NCBI GenBank assembly: GCA_047601185.1
Contig: JASGJS010000001.1
Span: forward strand, 1,153,118 to 1,217,117
Length of the DNA: 64,000 nt
Direction of reading: 5' to 3'
Origin: Gammaproteobacteria bacterium
GTDB lineage: Bacteria; Pseudomonadota; Gammaproteobacteria; JAURND01
The notes below the pieces were generated by a model that was not told the origin of the DNA, made no database searches, and was given only the letters and a program-made list of their open reading frames with translations. This document shows, piece by piece, positions 20,547 to 30,708 of the stretch. How positions within the stretch are numbered: position 1 is the first letter of the stretch; each line of letters begins with the position of its first letter. The position numbers and the translations under genes are program-made.

Positions 20547-21281
20547 TCATAGCATTTCCCTATATTGCTGTGGTGTCAAATGCCCCAGCGACTGATGGGG
20601 TCTTTCCAGGTTATATTCCTGTAACCATTGATCAGTTATGGCTTGCACGTGGTTAATATCCTTAAATAAATGCACACCTAATACTTCTTCACGATAAGTA
20701 CGATTAAATCGTTCGATATAAGCATTCTGTGCTGGTTTTCCTGGCTCAATATGACGAAGCTTTACACCATGTTTTTTGGCCCAATCAAACATTTCTTTTG
20801 AAATATTCTCAGGGCCATTATCCACCCGAAGCTGCATAGGATAACCATGCTTGATAGATATCCAATCTAAAAACGCTGTTACCCGTTTAGCAGGTAATGA
20901 TAAATTTGCTTGGATTCCCAATGCTTCCCGATTGCAGTCATCCAGTACATTCACAGTGCGAAATCGCCTACCATTTGCAAGTGCATCGCTCATGAAATCC
21001 ATCGACCAGCTTTCATTCATTTGCATTGGCCAATTCAACGCAGTTTTCTCTCTCTGTGGCAGTCGCCTTTTGGGCTTACGTCTTAAATTTAATTTTAAAT
21101 CACAATAAACCCTATAAACACGCTTATGGTTCCATTGATAACCTTGTTGTCTGAGTTTTTGAAACATCTTTTCAAACCCATAACGGCGATACCTAATGGC
21201 TAAATCCTGCAGAGCACATTTAATCTCCTCATCATTTTCTAATTTATGAGAATATCCAAAAACTGAACGACTAATGTTCAA
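20547..21281 (-). CDS. IS3-family transposase OrfB (DDE)
   Basis: 244 aa with an rve core (..LRVDNGPE.., ..YIERFNRTYREEVL..). Identical to the copy at 26378..27112. Confidence 0.85.
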   Translation of the reverse strand: MNISRSVFGYSHKLENDEEIKCALQDLAIRYRRYGFEKMFQKLRQQGYQWNHKRVYRVYCDLKLNLRRKPKRRLPQREKTALNWPMQMNESWSMDFMSDALANGRRFRTVNVLDDCNREALGIQANLSLPAKRVTAFLDWISIKHGYPMQLRVDNGPENISKEMFDWAKKHGVKLRHIEPGKPAQNAYIERFNRTYREEVLGVHLFKDINHVQAITDQWLQEYNLERPHQSLGHLTPQQYREML

Positions 21282-21361
21282 TAATCGGCAGGCTCGATTT
21301 AGGCTAATTTGATGGGTTTGAATTGCATAATTAACCCATTCTCTACGCTCTACTGCCGTAA

Positions 21362-21625
21362 CTATTTTTTTTCGAGAACATCTTTCAATACCCGATAATC
21401 CAGGCTTAATTCAGCATACATATGTTTTAAGCGCTGATTTTCTTCTTCTAGCTGTTTTAAGCGTTTTACATCTGATTCGATCATTCCATTAAATTTGTTC
21501 CGCCAGCTATAAATCGTTGCCTCGCTAATGGCATATTTTCGGCTTAAATCGACGATGGGCACACCGGCTTCAAGCTCTTTTAAAATCCCAATTATTTGGT
21601 TTTCAGTAAATCTCGTTTTTTTCAT
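21362..21625 (-). CDS. IS3-family transposase OrfA (HTH)
   Basis: 87 aa MKKTRFTENQIIGILKE... Identical to the copy at 27193..27456. Confidence 0.85.
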   Translation of the reverse strand: MKKTRFTENQIIGILKELEAGVPIVDLSRKYAISEATIYSWRNKFNGMIESDVKRLKQLEEENQRLKHMYAELSLDYRVLKDVLEKK

Positions 21626-21696
21626 TGTAGAGTCCTCTTAGTTCGACTAGTTTATCGGAAAACTCTACTTATGGGTTGTACTATTTTAGGGGAGGA

Positions 21697-22467
21697 TTAC
21701 CCTGCCTTTACATGACCTTTAGTTTTTTGGTGCAATGCTTGCTGTAGTTGATGTTCTTCAAAAAAACGACCTGGTGCTAGGTAAATATTTTTAATAGGAG
21801 GCTTTTCTTTAAAATCATCTTGATTGGTAGATTGTTTTGACTCTCTATCTATTGATTTGGAATCTACAGGTTTTTGTACGAGTTGTGCAGAATGATGGTT
21901 TTCCAGTGATTCTTGTGGCAGGGATCGATATTGATAATCCTGATGAGGTGCTGCCTCAGGTTTCTCTCCTTTGATCAAAGCAAAAAATTTATGCGTTTGA
22001 TCATAACCTGCTAAGAGCACACTTAATCCTAGAATAGCAGCGAATGCGATACTGACCGCTAAAACCACTTGTGAAGGATAGACGAGCGCCTCTCCTAATA
22101 ACAGGCCAGATTGATAAGTTGTGACCGCGTTAGTCGCAGCGACCAGCAAAATGCAACTGGTGGTGATGAAGGCGAAGAGATAAGCTTTTGCCTTATTTTT
22201 CTTTATCTCAGCAGGGCTTGGTTGTGTTTCTTCCATCGTATTTTGCGCTGGCTCTGCATTGATTTTTTTCTGATTTTGTAGTATGAATACATTATACAAC
22301 ATCAGAGAGCCAAGATAAGCGGTTGCCGCACCGGCCAAAGCTGCCAATATTAAACCGCCTGTCGTGGGTAAAGTCAGGTAAATGAAGCCGATAGATATCG
22401 CTAAACAGATCAAACTTCCTAGGACAGACGTTGCAAAAGTGACGACACCTCTTTTTGATATAGCCAT
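21697..22467 (-). CDS. Membrane protein (4 TM, hypothetical), 3' end clipped by IS copy 1
   Basis: The stop codon TAA comes from the IS terminus (ggTAAtcc). Removing the IS and one TSD copy extends the ORF by 12 codons (...HVKAEDKSQSQRRYSF*). Confidence 0.6.
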   Translation of the reverse strand: MAISKRGVVTFATSVLGSLICLAISIGFIYLTLPTTGGLILAALAGAATAYLGSLMLYNVFILQNQKKINAEPAQNTMEETQPSPAEIKKNKAKAYLFAFITTSCILLVAATNAVTTYQSGLLLGEALVYPSQVVLAVSIAFAAILGLSVLLAGYDQTHKFFALIKGEKPEAAPHQDYQYRSLPQESLENHHSAQLVQKPVDSKSIDRESKQSTNQDDFKEKPPIKNIYLAPGRFFEEHQLQQALHQKTKGHVKAG

Positions 22468-22572
22468 ATATTTCCTCTCGTAATCTACGTTTAATGGTTT
22501 AAATGTATGGCGATATTTTACCTGTAATAAAAATTAACTTTGTATAAGATTTGTACATTCAGGATATTCATC

Positions 22573-23763
22573 ATGAAGCGAAATTTCTCTAAAACAATGA
22601 TTTTGATAGCCGTTATCTTTATGGATTTGCTAGGCGGTATGGAATTCGATTTATTTGTGCCAAGCTTTCCCGAGCTACAAAGCCATTTCAACCTCAGCCC
22701 CTTTTGGGTTGAAGCCTTGTTGTCGGCAAATTTTTTGGGCTATTGTTTAAGCTTGTTTTTTGTGGGGAGTTTAAGCGATCATTATGGGCGTAAGCCGATT
22801 ATTTTATGGGGGCTTACTCTCTTTATTATAGGAAGCATTCTGTGTGTGGGTTCAACGCTTTATCCATTCTTACTAGTGGGTCGATTTTTACAAGGTTTAG
22901 GCATTGCTGCGCCCGTCATCTTAAGTTTTTTGATTATTACCGATACTTATTCTTTAAAGCAGCAGCAATTTTTACTGGCTATGCTGAATGGCGTTATGAA
23001 TATCGCGGTGGCCATAGCGCCTGTGGTGGGTAGTTATATTGCGCTGCATTTTAATTGGCGAGTTAATTTTATCGCATTGTTAGCGTTAGGCATCATAACA
23101 GGAATAACGACTTTGGCCTTCGTACCTAAAACGCAACAGCAGCACCTTGCAGAAACACCAAACTCAGGATACATGACCATTTTCCGCTCCAGGCCCTTGG
23201 TATTATTGATCATCAATTTAGTTTTTATGTTCGTACCTTATTGGATTTTTGTGGGAATGTCTCCCTTGCTTTATATTAAGGAGTTAAAAGTCAGCCTCTC
23301 AGAATTTGGGTATTATCAAGGCATACTCGCGCTTGTTTTTGCTATCGGCACCTTTTTATTTGGTTTTATCGTGAAGAGAGTGGATCAGAAAAAAACATTG
23401 AAAGTTTCAGTGGGTATCTACACGATGAGTCTCGTGCTGATTGGCTTGACGATTTTTTTCAATAGCACTAATCCCTTGTGGATTACCCTGGCTTTTCTGA
23501 CGTTTATTATTGGCCAGATTATTCCGACGACTGTGTTGTATCCACTCTGTTTGAATTTTTTACCTTCAGTCAAGGGTAGAGTCTCTGCTATAGTTCAGGG
23601 GTTACGGCTGGTACTCACAGCAATAGGTCTGCAAATCGCGGGCTACTTGTATCAAGGAACTTTTCAAAATATTGGGATTGTGATTATAAGTTTTATTTTA
23701 ATTGGCGTGGTCACGTTAGTGATGGTGATTAAAAATAATGCTTTAATGAGGGCTTTTAGGTAG
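22573..23763 (+). CDS. MFS transporter, DHA1 (Bcr/CflA-like)
   Basis: 12 predicted TM segments and the MFS motif GSLSDHYGRKPIIL. Confidence 0.8.
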   Translation: MKRNFSKTMILIAVIFMDLLGGMEFDLFVPSFPELQSHFNLSPFWVEALLSANFLGYCLSLFFVGSLSDHYGRKPIILWGLTLFIIGSILCVGSTLYPFLLVGRFLQGLGIAAPVILSFLIITDTYSLKQQQFLLAMLNGVMNIAVAIAPVVGSYIALHFNWRVNFIALLALGIITGITTLAFVPKTQQQHLAETPNSGYMTIFRSRPLVLLIINLVFMFVPYWIFVGMSPLLYIKELKVSLSEFGYYQGILALVFAIGTFLFGFIVKRVDQKKTLKVSVGIYTMSLVLIGLTIFFNSTNPLWITLAFLTFIIGQIIPTTVLYPLCLNFLPSVKGRVSAIVQGLRLVLTAIGLQIAGYLYQGTFQNIGIVIISFILIGVVTLVMVIKNNALMRAFR

Positions 23764-24378
23764 TCGTATGCGTCATTGCCAACCATGATCTACAGTAATG
23801 ATACTATAGGAACCCATGAGAAAGGTCAGCGTTATATCAACTCTGCGAGGAAAAACCGTGGCTGATTTAATACCTATCGTTGGAGAAGATCGCGATATAA
23901 AAATTGCTATCGAGCAGATGCACCAAATTCAGAAGATAGAAGGAGTTTCTGAGGCAATGTTGGCAGAATGGATAGAAGGGGGGCGAAAATGAAACTTGCA
24001 TTGAATGCCTCGATGGCTTAGGGGCTTCACCCATTGTGTTGAGTGTGTTTGGATCTATAGGGTTCCATAGGGCAAGCCTAGACTTATAAAATAGCATCCA
24101 ACTTCAAGTGTTTACACTCAGGATACCTAGAATGTAAGGAGGTTCACCTAGTTTTAAATACCCAAAAAAGGTATCATAATGCCCAATATGAGCATTCAAA
24201 AAAAGAAAGGATCAGGTGTTCATTTGTCCAGAAGGGTTTCGATATCCAATCTGACTCATGTGTATGGGGATTGCCTTCGCGTGCTTCTGTGGAACGCGGA
24301 AAAGAAATGATAGCGGCGTTTCGTAGGCACACGTTATCATAAGTTTAGTCAATGATAAACTGAATTATCGAGCAGCTT

Positions 24379-25593
24379 ATGTTCCAATCCATCAAAAAAC
24401 AATACGATTTCTTTTTTACCTTATCAGCAAGCTCAAAATTCATCATTCTAAACTCATTAATATTTTCAGTAAGTAGTTTTATGATCATGCCATTTTTGGC
24501 AATTTTTTTATCAAAAAATATGCATATGAGTGCTGCTGAGATAGGGATTTTATTAGCGATCGTAACATTTATAAGTTATGGCGGTAGCATTGTAGGTGGG
24601 ATTGTCACGCATTGGATTGGGTTGAATACAGCAATGATATTGGCGCTTATTCTACGCTCGATGGGTTTTATATTATTAGCAACAGCAACAATAGCACCCA
24701 AACTTTCTATCTTGGCAACTTCTCTCATAGCTATGGGTTCAGCCATCTATATGCCGGCCAATAAAGCTTATACCATGTTAACCGCAGCTGAAAAATTAAA
24801 GCCTTTATTTGTCTCGATTTCAAATGCTACTGTCAATATGGGCATGGCTATAGGCCCCTTGATAACGACTTTCTTTATTCATGATAATCCCATTTGGCTT
24901 TTTAATGCCATAGCGTTTTTACTCATGATGATGGCTTTATTGCATAAAATAAAACTACAAAATATAAGCCTTTCCCATAAATCCTCCATAAGAAATTTTC
25001 CAGTTAGAATGACACTTGCAAAAATTTGGTATTTTTTATTTTTTAATATCATGACTTTCTATGTCTATTTATACTTTCAGGATTTTATTGGATTGTATTT
25101 TTCGATTGTGTCTAATCTTAAATGGTTTGGCTTGATGATGTTTATTAATTTTACACTACTGTCTTTTTTACAAATGTATTTGGCCCATGTAATAGCAAGA
25201 TTAAATTATAAAATTTTAATGTCCTCATCATTTTTATTATTAGCAATAGGTGTATCAATTATCAGTATAGGAAATGTGGTAACCTTATTTTTGGGTTCTA
25301 TTATTTTGACTATTGGGTCAGCTTTTCTGTTTCTAAGGGGTGATTTAGAAATAGTGAACAAGATCCCGGAATATCCTGCAATTGCCTTTGGTATTCAAAG
25401 ACTATCAATGGGTGTCAGTGGCATATTGAGCGGAATCGTTGGCGGAAAATTATTTCAATATTATCACCTTTCGAACGCTTTAAACATCTTTTGGTTGATG
25501 GTTTCCATACAATGCCTATTTGTTTGTTTCCTGGTTATTGTTATACCTCGGCAATTTGCAAAAACTCTCTACCTCGACGTCCCGCCTACTTGA
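24379..25593 (+). CDS. MFS-type membrane transporter
   Basis: 404 aa polytopic membrane protein with ~12 TM segments and MFS-like topology. AT-rich. Confidence 0.6.
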   Translation: MFQSIKKQYDFFFTLSASSKFIILNSLIFSVSSFMIMPFLAIFLSKNMHMSAAEIGILLAIVTFISYGGSIVGGIVTHWIGLNTAMILALILRSMGFILLATATIAPKLSILATSLIAMGSAIYMPANKAYTMLTAAEKLKPLFVSISNATVNMGMAIGPLITTFFIHDNPIWLFNAIAFLLMMMALLHKIKLQNISLSHKSSIRNFPVRMTLAKIWYFLFFNIMTFYVYLYFQDFIGLYFSIVSNLKWFGLMMFINFTLLSFLQMYLAHVIARLNYKILMSSSFLLLAIGVSIISIGNVVTLFLGSIILTIGSAFLFLRGDLEIVNKIPEYPAIAFGIQRLSMGVSGILSGIVGGKLFQYYHLSNALNIFWLMVSIQCLFVCFLVIVIPRQFAKTLYLDVPPT

Positions 25594-25657
25594 TCTAGTT
25601 TGCCGCACTATGTGCAATCTCAAGTAGTTCTCTGATAATTGTTTCAAGGAAAATTAC

Positions 25658-26119
25658 ATGCCAAGAATATTAATTCTAGGTAATGGTGGGGCAGGTAAAA
25701 CCTGGTTTGCGCATCAATTGCGTCAAAAATTGAATATAAAAATCATTCATTTAGATGCATTGTATTGGAAAGAGGGTTGGCAGCATACTTCTAAAGAAGT
25801 ATGGGAAAAAAGCTTACAAAATGCTATGGAAGGACAGCACTGGATTATGGAAGGGACTCAAATGAGAGATCTAGAGCTAAGAATGATTGCGGCTGATCAG
25901 ATCATTTTTCTAGATACCCCAAGATCTATTTGCTTATGGCGGATATTTAAAAAGGGGTTGGTGCGGAATACTACAACTCGATTGCCGGATGGCTGTCCAA
26001 TTAGAGGAATTTCTTGGAGAAGTCTTAAATGGGTTTATTTTTTTCCAATACGTCATAAACCTAAAATATTTGAACTAATCAAAAAATTAAAAAAAACTTG
26101 GATAAAGCTTATCGACTAA
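25658..26119 (+). CDS. P-loop NTPase, topology-modulation-protein / adenylate-kinase-like
   Basis: MPRILILGNGGAGKTWFAHQL...IHLDALYW matches the small AAA / topology modulation protein family. Confidence 0.6.
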   Translation: MPRILILGNGGAGKTWFAHQLRQKLNIKIIHLDALYWKEGWQHTSKEVWEKSLQNAMEGQHWIMEGTQMRDLELRMIAADQIIFLDTPRSICLWRIFKKGLVRNTTTRLPDGCPIRGISWRSLKWVYFFPIRHKPKIFELIKKLKKTWIKLID

Positions 26120-26377
26120 AGATGTAAAGGCGCTTTGCAGTGGACAAAAAAGCTATTCCGAGTATCATTTGGATCTTTAGAGCCAATGATAAGGAAATAG
26201 CTTCATACATTCCAGGAGAATTTGTACAAATTAAAACTTTCCCCAAAACATTGTAGCTAATCAGATTCCAAAAACGCCTGATAACTATATATTTTGTCTA
26301 CACCTATTTGAATGCCCTCATCTTTTTTCAAGATGTAATGTCAACCCCCCATTTTTAGTACAACGCATAAGTAGAAA

Positions 26378-27112
26378 TCATAGCATTTCCCTATATTGCT
26401 GTGGTGTCAAATGCCCCAGCGACTGATGGGGTCTTTCCAGGTTATATTCCTGTAACCATTGATCAGTTATGGCTTGCACGTGGTTAATATCCTTAAATAA
26501 ATGCACACCTAATACTTCTTCACGATAAGTACGATTAAATCGTTCGATATAAGCATTCTGTGCTGGTTTTCCTGGCTCAATATGACGAAGCTTTACACCA
26601 TGTTTTTTGGCCCAATCAAACATTTCTTTTGAAATATTCTCAGGGCCATTATCCACCCGAAGCTGCATAGGATAACCATGCTTAATAGATATCCAATCTA
26701 AAAACGCTGTTACCCGTTTAGCAGGTAATGATAAATTTGCTTGGATTCCCAATGCTTCCCGATTGCAGTCATCCAGTACATTCACAGTGCGAAATCGCCT
26801 ACCATTTGCAAGTGCATCGCTCATGAAATCCATCGACCAGCTTTCATTCATTTGCATTGGCCAATTCAACGCAGTTTTCTCTCTCTGTGGCAGTCGCCTT
26901 TTGGGCTTACGTCTTAAATTTAATTTTAAATCACAATAAACCCTATAAACACGCTTATGGTTCCATTGATAACCTTGTTGTCTGAGTTTTTGAAACATCT
27001 TTTCAAACCCATAACGGCGATACCTAATGGCTAAATCCTGCAGAGCACATTTAATCTCCTCATCATTTTCTAATTTATGAGAATATCCAAAAACTGAACG
27101 ACTAATGTTCAA
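26378..27112 (-). CDS. IS3-family transposase OrfB (DDE)
   Basis: Protein-identical to the 20547..21281 copy. Confidence 0.85.
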   Translation of the reverse strand: MNISRSVFGYSHKLENDEEIKCALQDLAIRYRRYGFEKMFQKLRQQGYQWNHKRVYRVYCDLKLNLRRKPKRRLPQREKTALNWPMQMNESWSMDFMSDALANGRRFRTVNVLDDCNREALGIQANLSLPAKRVTAFLDWISIKHGYPMQLRVDNGPENISKEMFDWAKKHGVKLRHIEPGKPAQNAYIERFNRTYREEVLGVHLFKDINHVQAITDQWLQEYNLERPHQSLGHLTPQQYREML

Positions 27113-27192
27113 TAATCGGCAGGCTCGATTTAGGCTAATTTGATGGGTTTGAATTGCATAATTAACCCATTCTCTACGCTCTACTGCCGTAA

Positions 27193-27456
27193 CTATTTTT
27201 TTTCGAGAACATCTTTCAATACCCGATAATCCAGGCTTAATTCAGCATACATATGTTTTAAGCGCTGATTTTCTTCTTCTAGCTGTTTTAAGCGTTTTAC
27301 ATCTGATTCGATCATTCCATTAAATTTGTTCCGCCAGCTATAAATCGTTGCCTCGCTAATGGCATATTTTCGGCTTAAATCGACGATGGGCACACCGGCT
27401 TCAAGCTCTTTTAAAATCCCAATTATTTGGTTTTCAGTAAATCTCGTTTTTTTCAT
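27193..27456 (-). CDS. IS3-family transposase OrfA
   Basis: Protein-identical to the 21362..21625 copy. Confidence 0.85.
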   Translation of the reverse strand: MKKTRFTENQIIGILKELEAGVPIVDLSRKYAISEATIYSWRNKFNGMIESDVKRLKQLEEENQRLKHMYAELSLDYRVLKDVLEKK

Positions 27457-27511
27457 TGTAGAGTCCTCTTAGTTCGACTAGTTTATCGGAAAACTCTACT
27501 TATGGGTTGTA

Positions 27512-28276
27512 CTATTTTAGGGGAGGATTACCGTAATAATAAATTCCCGTATCTTTAAGTTTCTGGGCGGGTTTTAATATCCATTCATTTGCGAGTGGTA
27601 TTACATCGTCACGATTAGGCAAAATGACAATTTTCTCTCTTTTTTCCAGAGCGTTGACCACACTTTCTGAGACTTCATCTTCATCCTGAGCAAGGTCTTT
27701 ATACATTTCTATGTCTTCCTCAGTGTTGATGATAAGCCAGAGTGGATTTCCAGCCATGTCGTACATTAAAAAGCTACCTGAGTCATCCAATAAATAATAT
27801 TCAATAATATTGTTTTCTTTGTAAGTTTTATTGAATAATTCGATGAAGTCTGGATTGTTTAAGTTGCTGACTGATTCAGAAATGGTAAGAGATTTACTTT
27901 CAAAATTTTCCAATTGTAATTCGTCAATACATTCTATTAATTTTTGATTATAGTCCGCAGCGCCTTTGACCAAGAATCTATCAATTTCCTTGTCATTAAA
28001 CGCTTTGATAGCCGTGCTCTGATCTGCCACACCTGTTAACATGATTACTTTCATAATCAGCCCTTTTTTCTTTAGGGCGCGAATCATATCTAATCCGTTC
28101 ATTTCTGGCATGTTATAGTCAATGACGACGACGCCAACTTGATTAAAGCGATTTTTATCAAATACTGTTTTATATATTTCAGAGATTGCCACATTCATTA
28201 AAATACTTAAAGAGCCTTCATAGAAGGGCAGCATGTAGCCCCAACTCGTTGATTGCAAGAACACATGTGTCTTCAC
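27512..28276 (-). pseudogene. Atypical receiver (REC)-domain protein with unknown C-terminal domain; last ~28 codons displaced by IS copy 2
   Basis: VVVIDYNMPEMNGLDMIRALKKKGLIMKVIMLTG...KGAADY is a receiver domain, but the N-terminal acidic DD pocket is missing. The C-terminal GNPPLK* is read from the IS end. Reconstruction across the IS continues ...GIYYYILKKDEGIQIGVDKIYSYQAFLESD*. Confidence 0.6.
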
Positions 28277-29448
28277 TGCATTTGATTGATAGGAGAAAAT
28301 ATTTTTGTGCTCAGAGCAAATATCACTATGGAAGTGGCCGAGATTAATAAGCTCAAAATGTAAATCGTCGAGTCAGGAATGGCTTGAGCGAATAAGGACC
28401 CAATGAGAGAAGATAACATGATAAATGATGCTCTAAAGGATGACACTAAACCTCGTGCGCCATCATATATGCTAAAAGATAGAGCTGTTGAGGGGGCATA
28501 TATGATACCAATAGCAAAAAGATATAGCCCATTTCCAAGGATGAAGAAATAATAATTAGGGTGAAAATTGATGATGTTGACTAAAGCGCCAATCAAAGCA
28601 ATGAATGTTCCAAGTTTAACTGTCGTGCTTAACGTGCAATATTTTATGATAAATTGAGAAACGAAGCAGCCAATGGCGAATATGAACACTAATAGGCTGA
28701 TTAAATATTTATAGGTTTGAATGTTTAAATGATAGACGTCATTAAAAATGAAAGAAGATTTTGTGATAAATGCCCAGTATCCGATAGAAGCAATAGGGTA
28801 TATCAGAATGACTTTTAAGAATCTTGGATATTTTGTCAAAAATTTTATTTCTTGAAGTGCTTCATTAAAATTAAATTTTTGTTTTCGATCCATTAATGTT
28901 TCAGGTAATAGAGTTATTGCTATGACTAATGCTAAGGCGGAGAGTATTATCATAAATTGAAATATCGCTTGCCACCCTAATGCTTCTAAAATATAACCCC
29001 CTATTAATGGCGATAAAGTTGGGATTAAAATTAAAAGCGTTCCTAAAAATGAGAGTATTCTACTGCTTTCCTTGACATTCAAACAATCTTGTATAATTGC
29101 AAATCCTATAATATTGATTCCCCCGGCACCTAACCCTTGCAATCCTCGCCCTAAAAGAAATAACGGATATTTTGTAGAGAAAGCGCAAACTATTGATCCT
29201 AAAATCGAAAAGACAATGGATAATAATACCAGTGGCTTTCTTCCGTAGATATCAGAAGCAAAACCGAATAATGCAACAGAAAGGATTGTTCCACAAAAAA
29301 ATAGCATTATTGAAGATTGTGCCATCAGTCCAGAAATATGGAAATAAGTTGCTATGATTGGTAGAGCAGAGACATGTATATCACTGCTTAACAACCCAAT
29401 TGCGGTTAAAAATAATTGTATGTAAGATGGGATTTTTTTAGATTTCAT
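28273..29448 (-). CDS. MFS transporter, DHA1 family
   Basis: GFASDIYGRKPLVLL motif and 12 TM segments. Confidence 0.8.
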   Translation of the reverse strand: MKSKKIPSYIQLFLTAIGLLSSDIHVSALPIIATYFHISGLMAQSSIMLFFCGTILSVALFGFASDIYGRKPLVLLSIVFSILGSIVCAFSTKYPLFLLGRGLQGLGAGGINIIGFAIIQDCLNVKESSRILSFLGTLLILIPTLSPLIGGYILEALGWQAIFQFMIILSALALVIAITLLPETLMDRKQKFNFNEALQEIKFLTKYPRFLKVILIYPIASIGYWAFITKSSFIFNDVYHLNIQTYKYLISLLVFIFAIGCFVSQFIIKYCTLSTTVKLGTFIALIGALVNIINFHPNYYFFILGNGLYLFAIGIIYAPSTALSFSIYDGARGLVSSFRASFIMLSSLIGSLFAQAIPDSTIYILSLLISATSIVIFALSTKIFSPINQMQ

Positions 29449-29484
29449 AACTTAAATTTTAATAAATGGTTTCTGATTCGATAA

Positions 29485-30696
29485 TCAACTTGATCCGATT
29501 ATTTTCTCTTGAGTGCTATCTTCTTTAATCTTATTGGCTAATAAATAATAAATAAAAAAACTGGCTAACATTTGTAGTACAACTGCAATTGCTAATGGCG
29601 TACTGGTTTTCATTGAAAAATGAGAAATAAATGTAGTTGATATGCCTCCTCCTAAAAATACTAAAAACCCATATAGCGCTCCAGCGCTACCCGCCATTTT
29701 GGGGAAGGGCTTCATGCATCCGGCAATACAATTTGCATAAATTAAACCCACGCCAAAGAACACAAAAAACATAGGAATTAAAATAGAAAATACAGAAAAA
29801 TTATGAGTAAAAACGAAAAATAATAAGGTAAGACTGCTTATACATAGAATGGAAAAACCAATTAAAATTGTTTTTTGCGTAGGATTGATTTTGCTAAGAT
29901 AACTGTTAAGATAAGAGCTTAATAAATAACCTGAGGCAACAAACATAGTTGACCAACCATATTGAATGGATGATAGATGGAGTTGTGTTTGTAATAAAAA
30001 TGGGCTAGCCGCACTAAAGACAATAAATACACCAAATAAAACAGCTACGCACATGGCGTTGCCTAAAAAAATGTGGCTTTTTAATAATGTGAAATAGTTT
30101 GTTAAAATGGTTTTGAATTTTAGAGGTTTTCTATATTCAATGATACAGGTTTCTGGCATCCATTTAAAAATAGTTATAATCATAATCAGAGCAAAAAAAA
30201 CTAAACATAAAAAGTTCATTTTCCAATTAGTATAAAATTGAATATATCCACCTAATAAGGGAGCAATGATGGGGACTAAAGCCCATGCAACAGCAGAATA
30301 AGATGCAACTTTAACTAGGGCATTTCCGCTAAACATGTCTCGCATGATTGCGCGAGATAAAACACTCGCAGCTCCTATTCCTACCCCTTGAAGTATCCTA
30401 AAGAATAAAAAATATTCTATAGACCTAGAAAATAAACAAAGTATTCCAGAAAAAATGTAAATACTTAATCCTATTAATAAAATGGGCTTCCTTCCATAAT
30501 AATCAGACAGTGGTCCATAAAATAATTGTGATATTGAAAATCCTACTAAAAACGCAGATAACGTTAATTGAATTAAATTAATGGAGGATTTGAAGAAGGC
30601 TGCCATTGAGGGGAGAGAAGGCAAATAGATATCGATTGACGATTGGCCAATCGTGATTAATAATAGAATTAAAAAAATCATTGGTTTTTTATTCAT
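29485..30696 (-). CDS. MFS transporter, DHA1 (Bcr/CflA-like)
   Basis: GPLSDYYGRKPILLIG motif and 12 TM segments. Confidence 0.8.
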   Translation of the reverse strand: MNKKPMIFLILLLITIGQSSIDIYLPSLPSMAAFFKSSINLIQLTLSAFLVGFSISQLFYGPLSDYYGRKPILLIGLSIYIFSGILCLFSRSIEYFLFFRILQGVGIGAASVLSRAIMRDMFSGNALVKVASYSAVAWALVPIIAPLLGGYIQFYTNWKMNFLCLVFFALIMIITIFKWMPETCIIEYRKPLKFKTILTNYFTLLKSHIFLGNAMCVAVLFGVFIVFSAASPFLLQTQLHLSSIQYGWSTMFVASGYLLSSYLNSYLSKINPTQKTILIGFSILCISSLTLLFFVFTHNFSVFSILIPMFFVFFGVGLIYANCIAGCMKPFPKMAGSAGALYGFLVFLGGGISTTFISHFSMKTSTPLAIAVVLQMLASFFIYYLLANKIKEDSTQEKIIGSS

Positions 30697-30708
30697 TCAT
30701 ATTCTCCA

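Larger units (their letters stand above)
20508..21701 (-). mobile_element. IS3-family insertion sequence, copy 1 (1194 bp), TSD CTGC
   Basis: Ends tgtcaaccccccatttttagtacaacgcataagtag ... ggggaggattacc. CTGC is duplicated at 20504-20507 and 21702-21705. The orfA 3' end has an A8 slippery run. One synonymous SNP separates it from copy 2. Confidence 0.88.
26339..27532 (-). mobile_element. IS3-family insertion sequence, copy 2 (1194 bp), TSD GTAA
   Basis: Same ends as copy 1. GTAA is duplicated at 26335-26338 and 27533-27536. The two copies have independent TSDs, so this is not a composite transposon. Confidence 0.88.

Noticed and set aside
20504-27536. Composite transposon formed by the two identical IS3 copies
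   Set aside because: Each copy has its own matching 4-bp TSD (CTGC/CTGC and GTAA/GTAA). The copies therefore inserted independently rather than moving as one unit.
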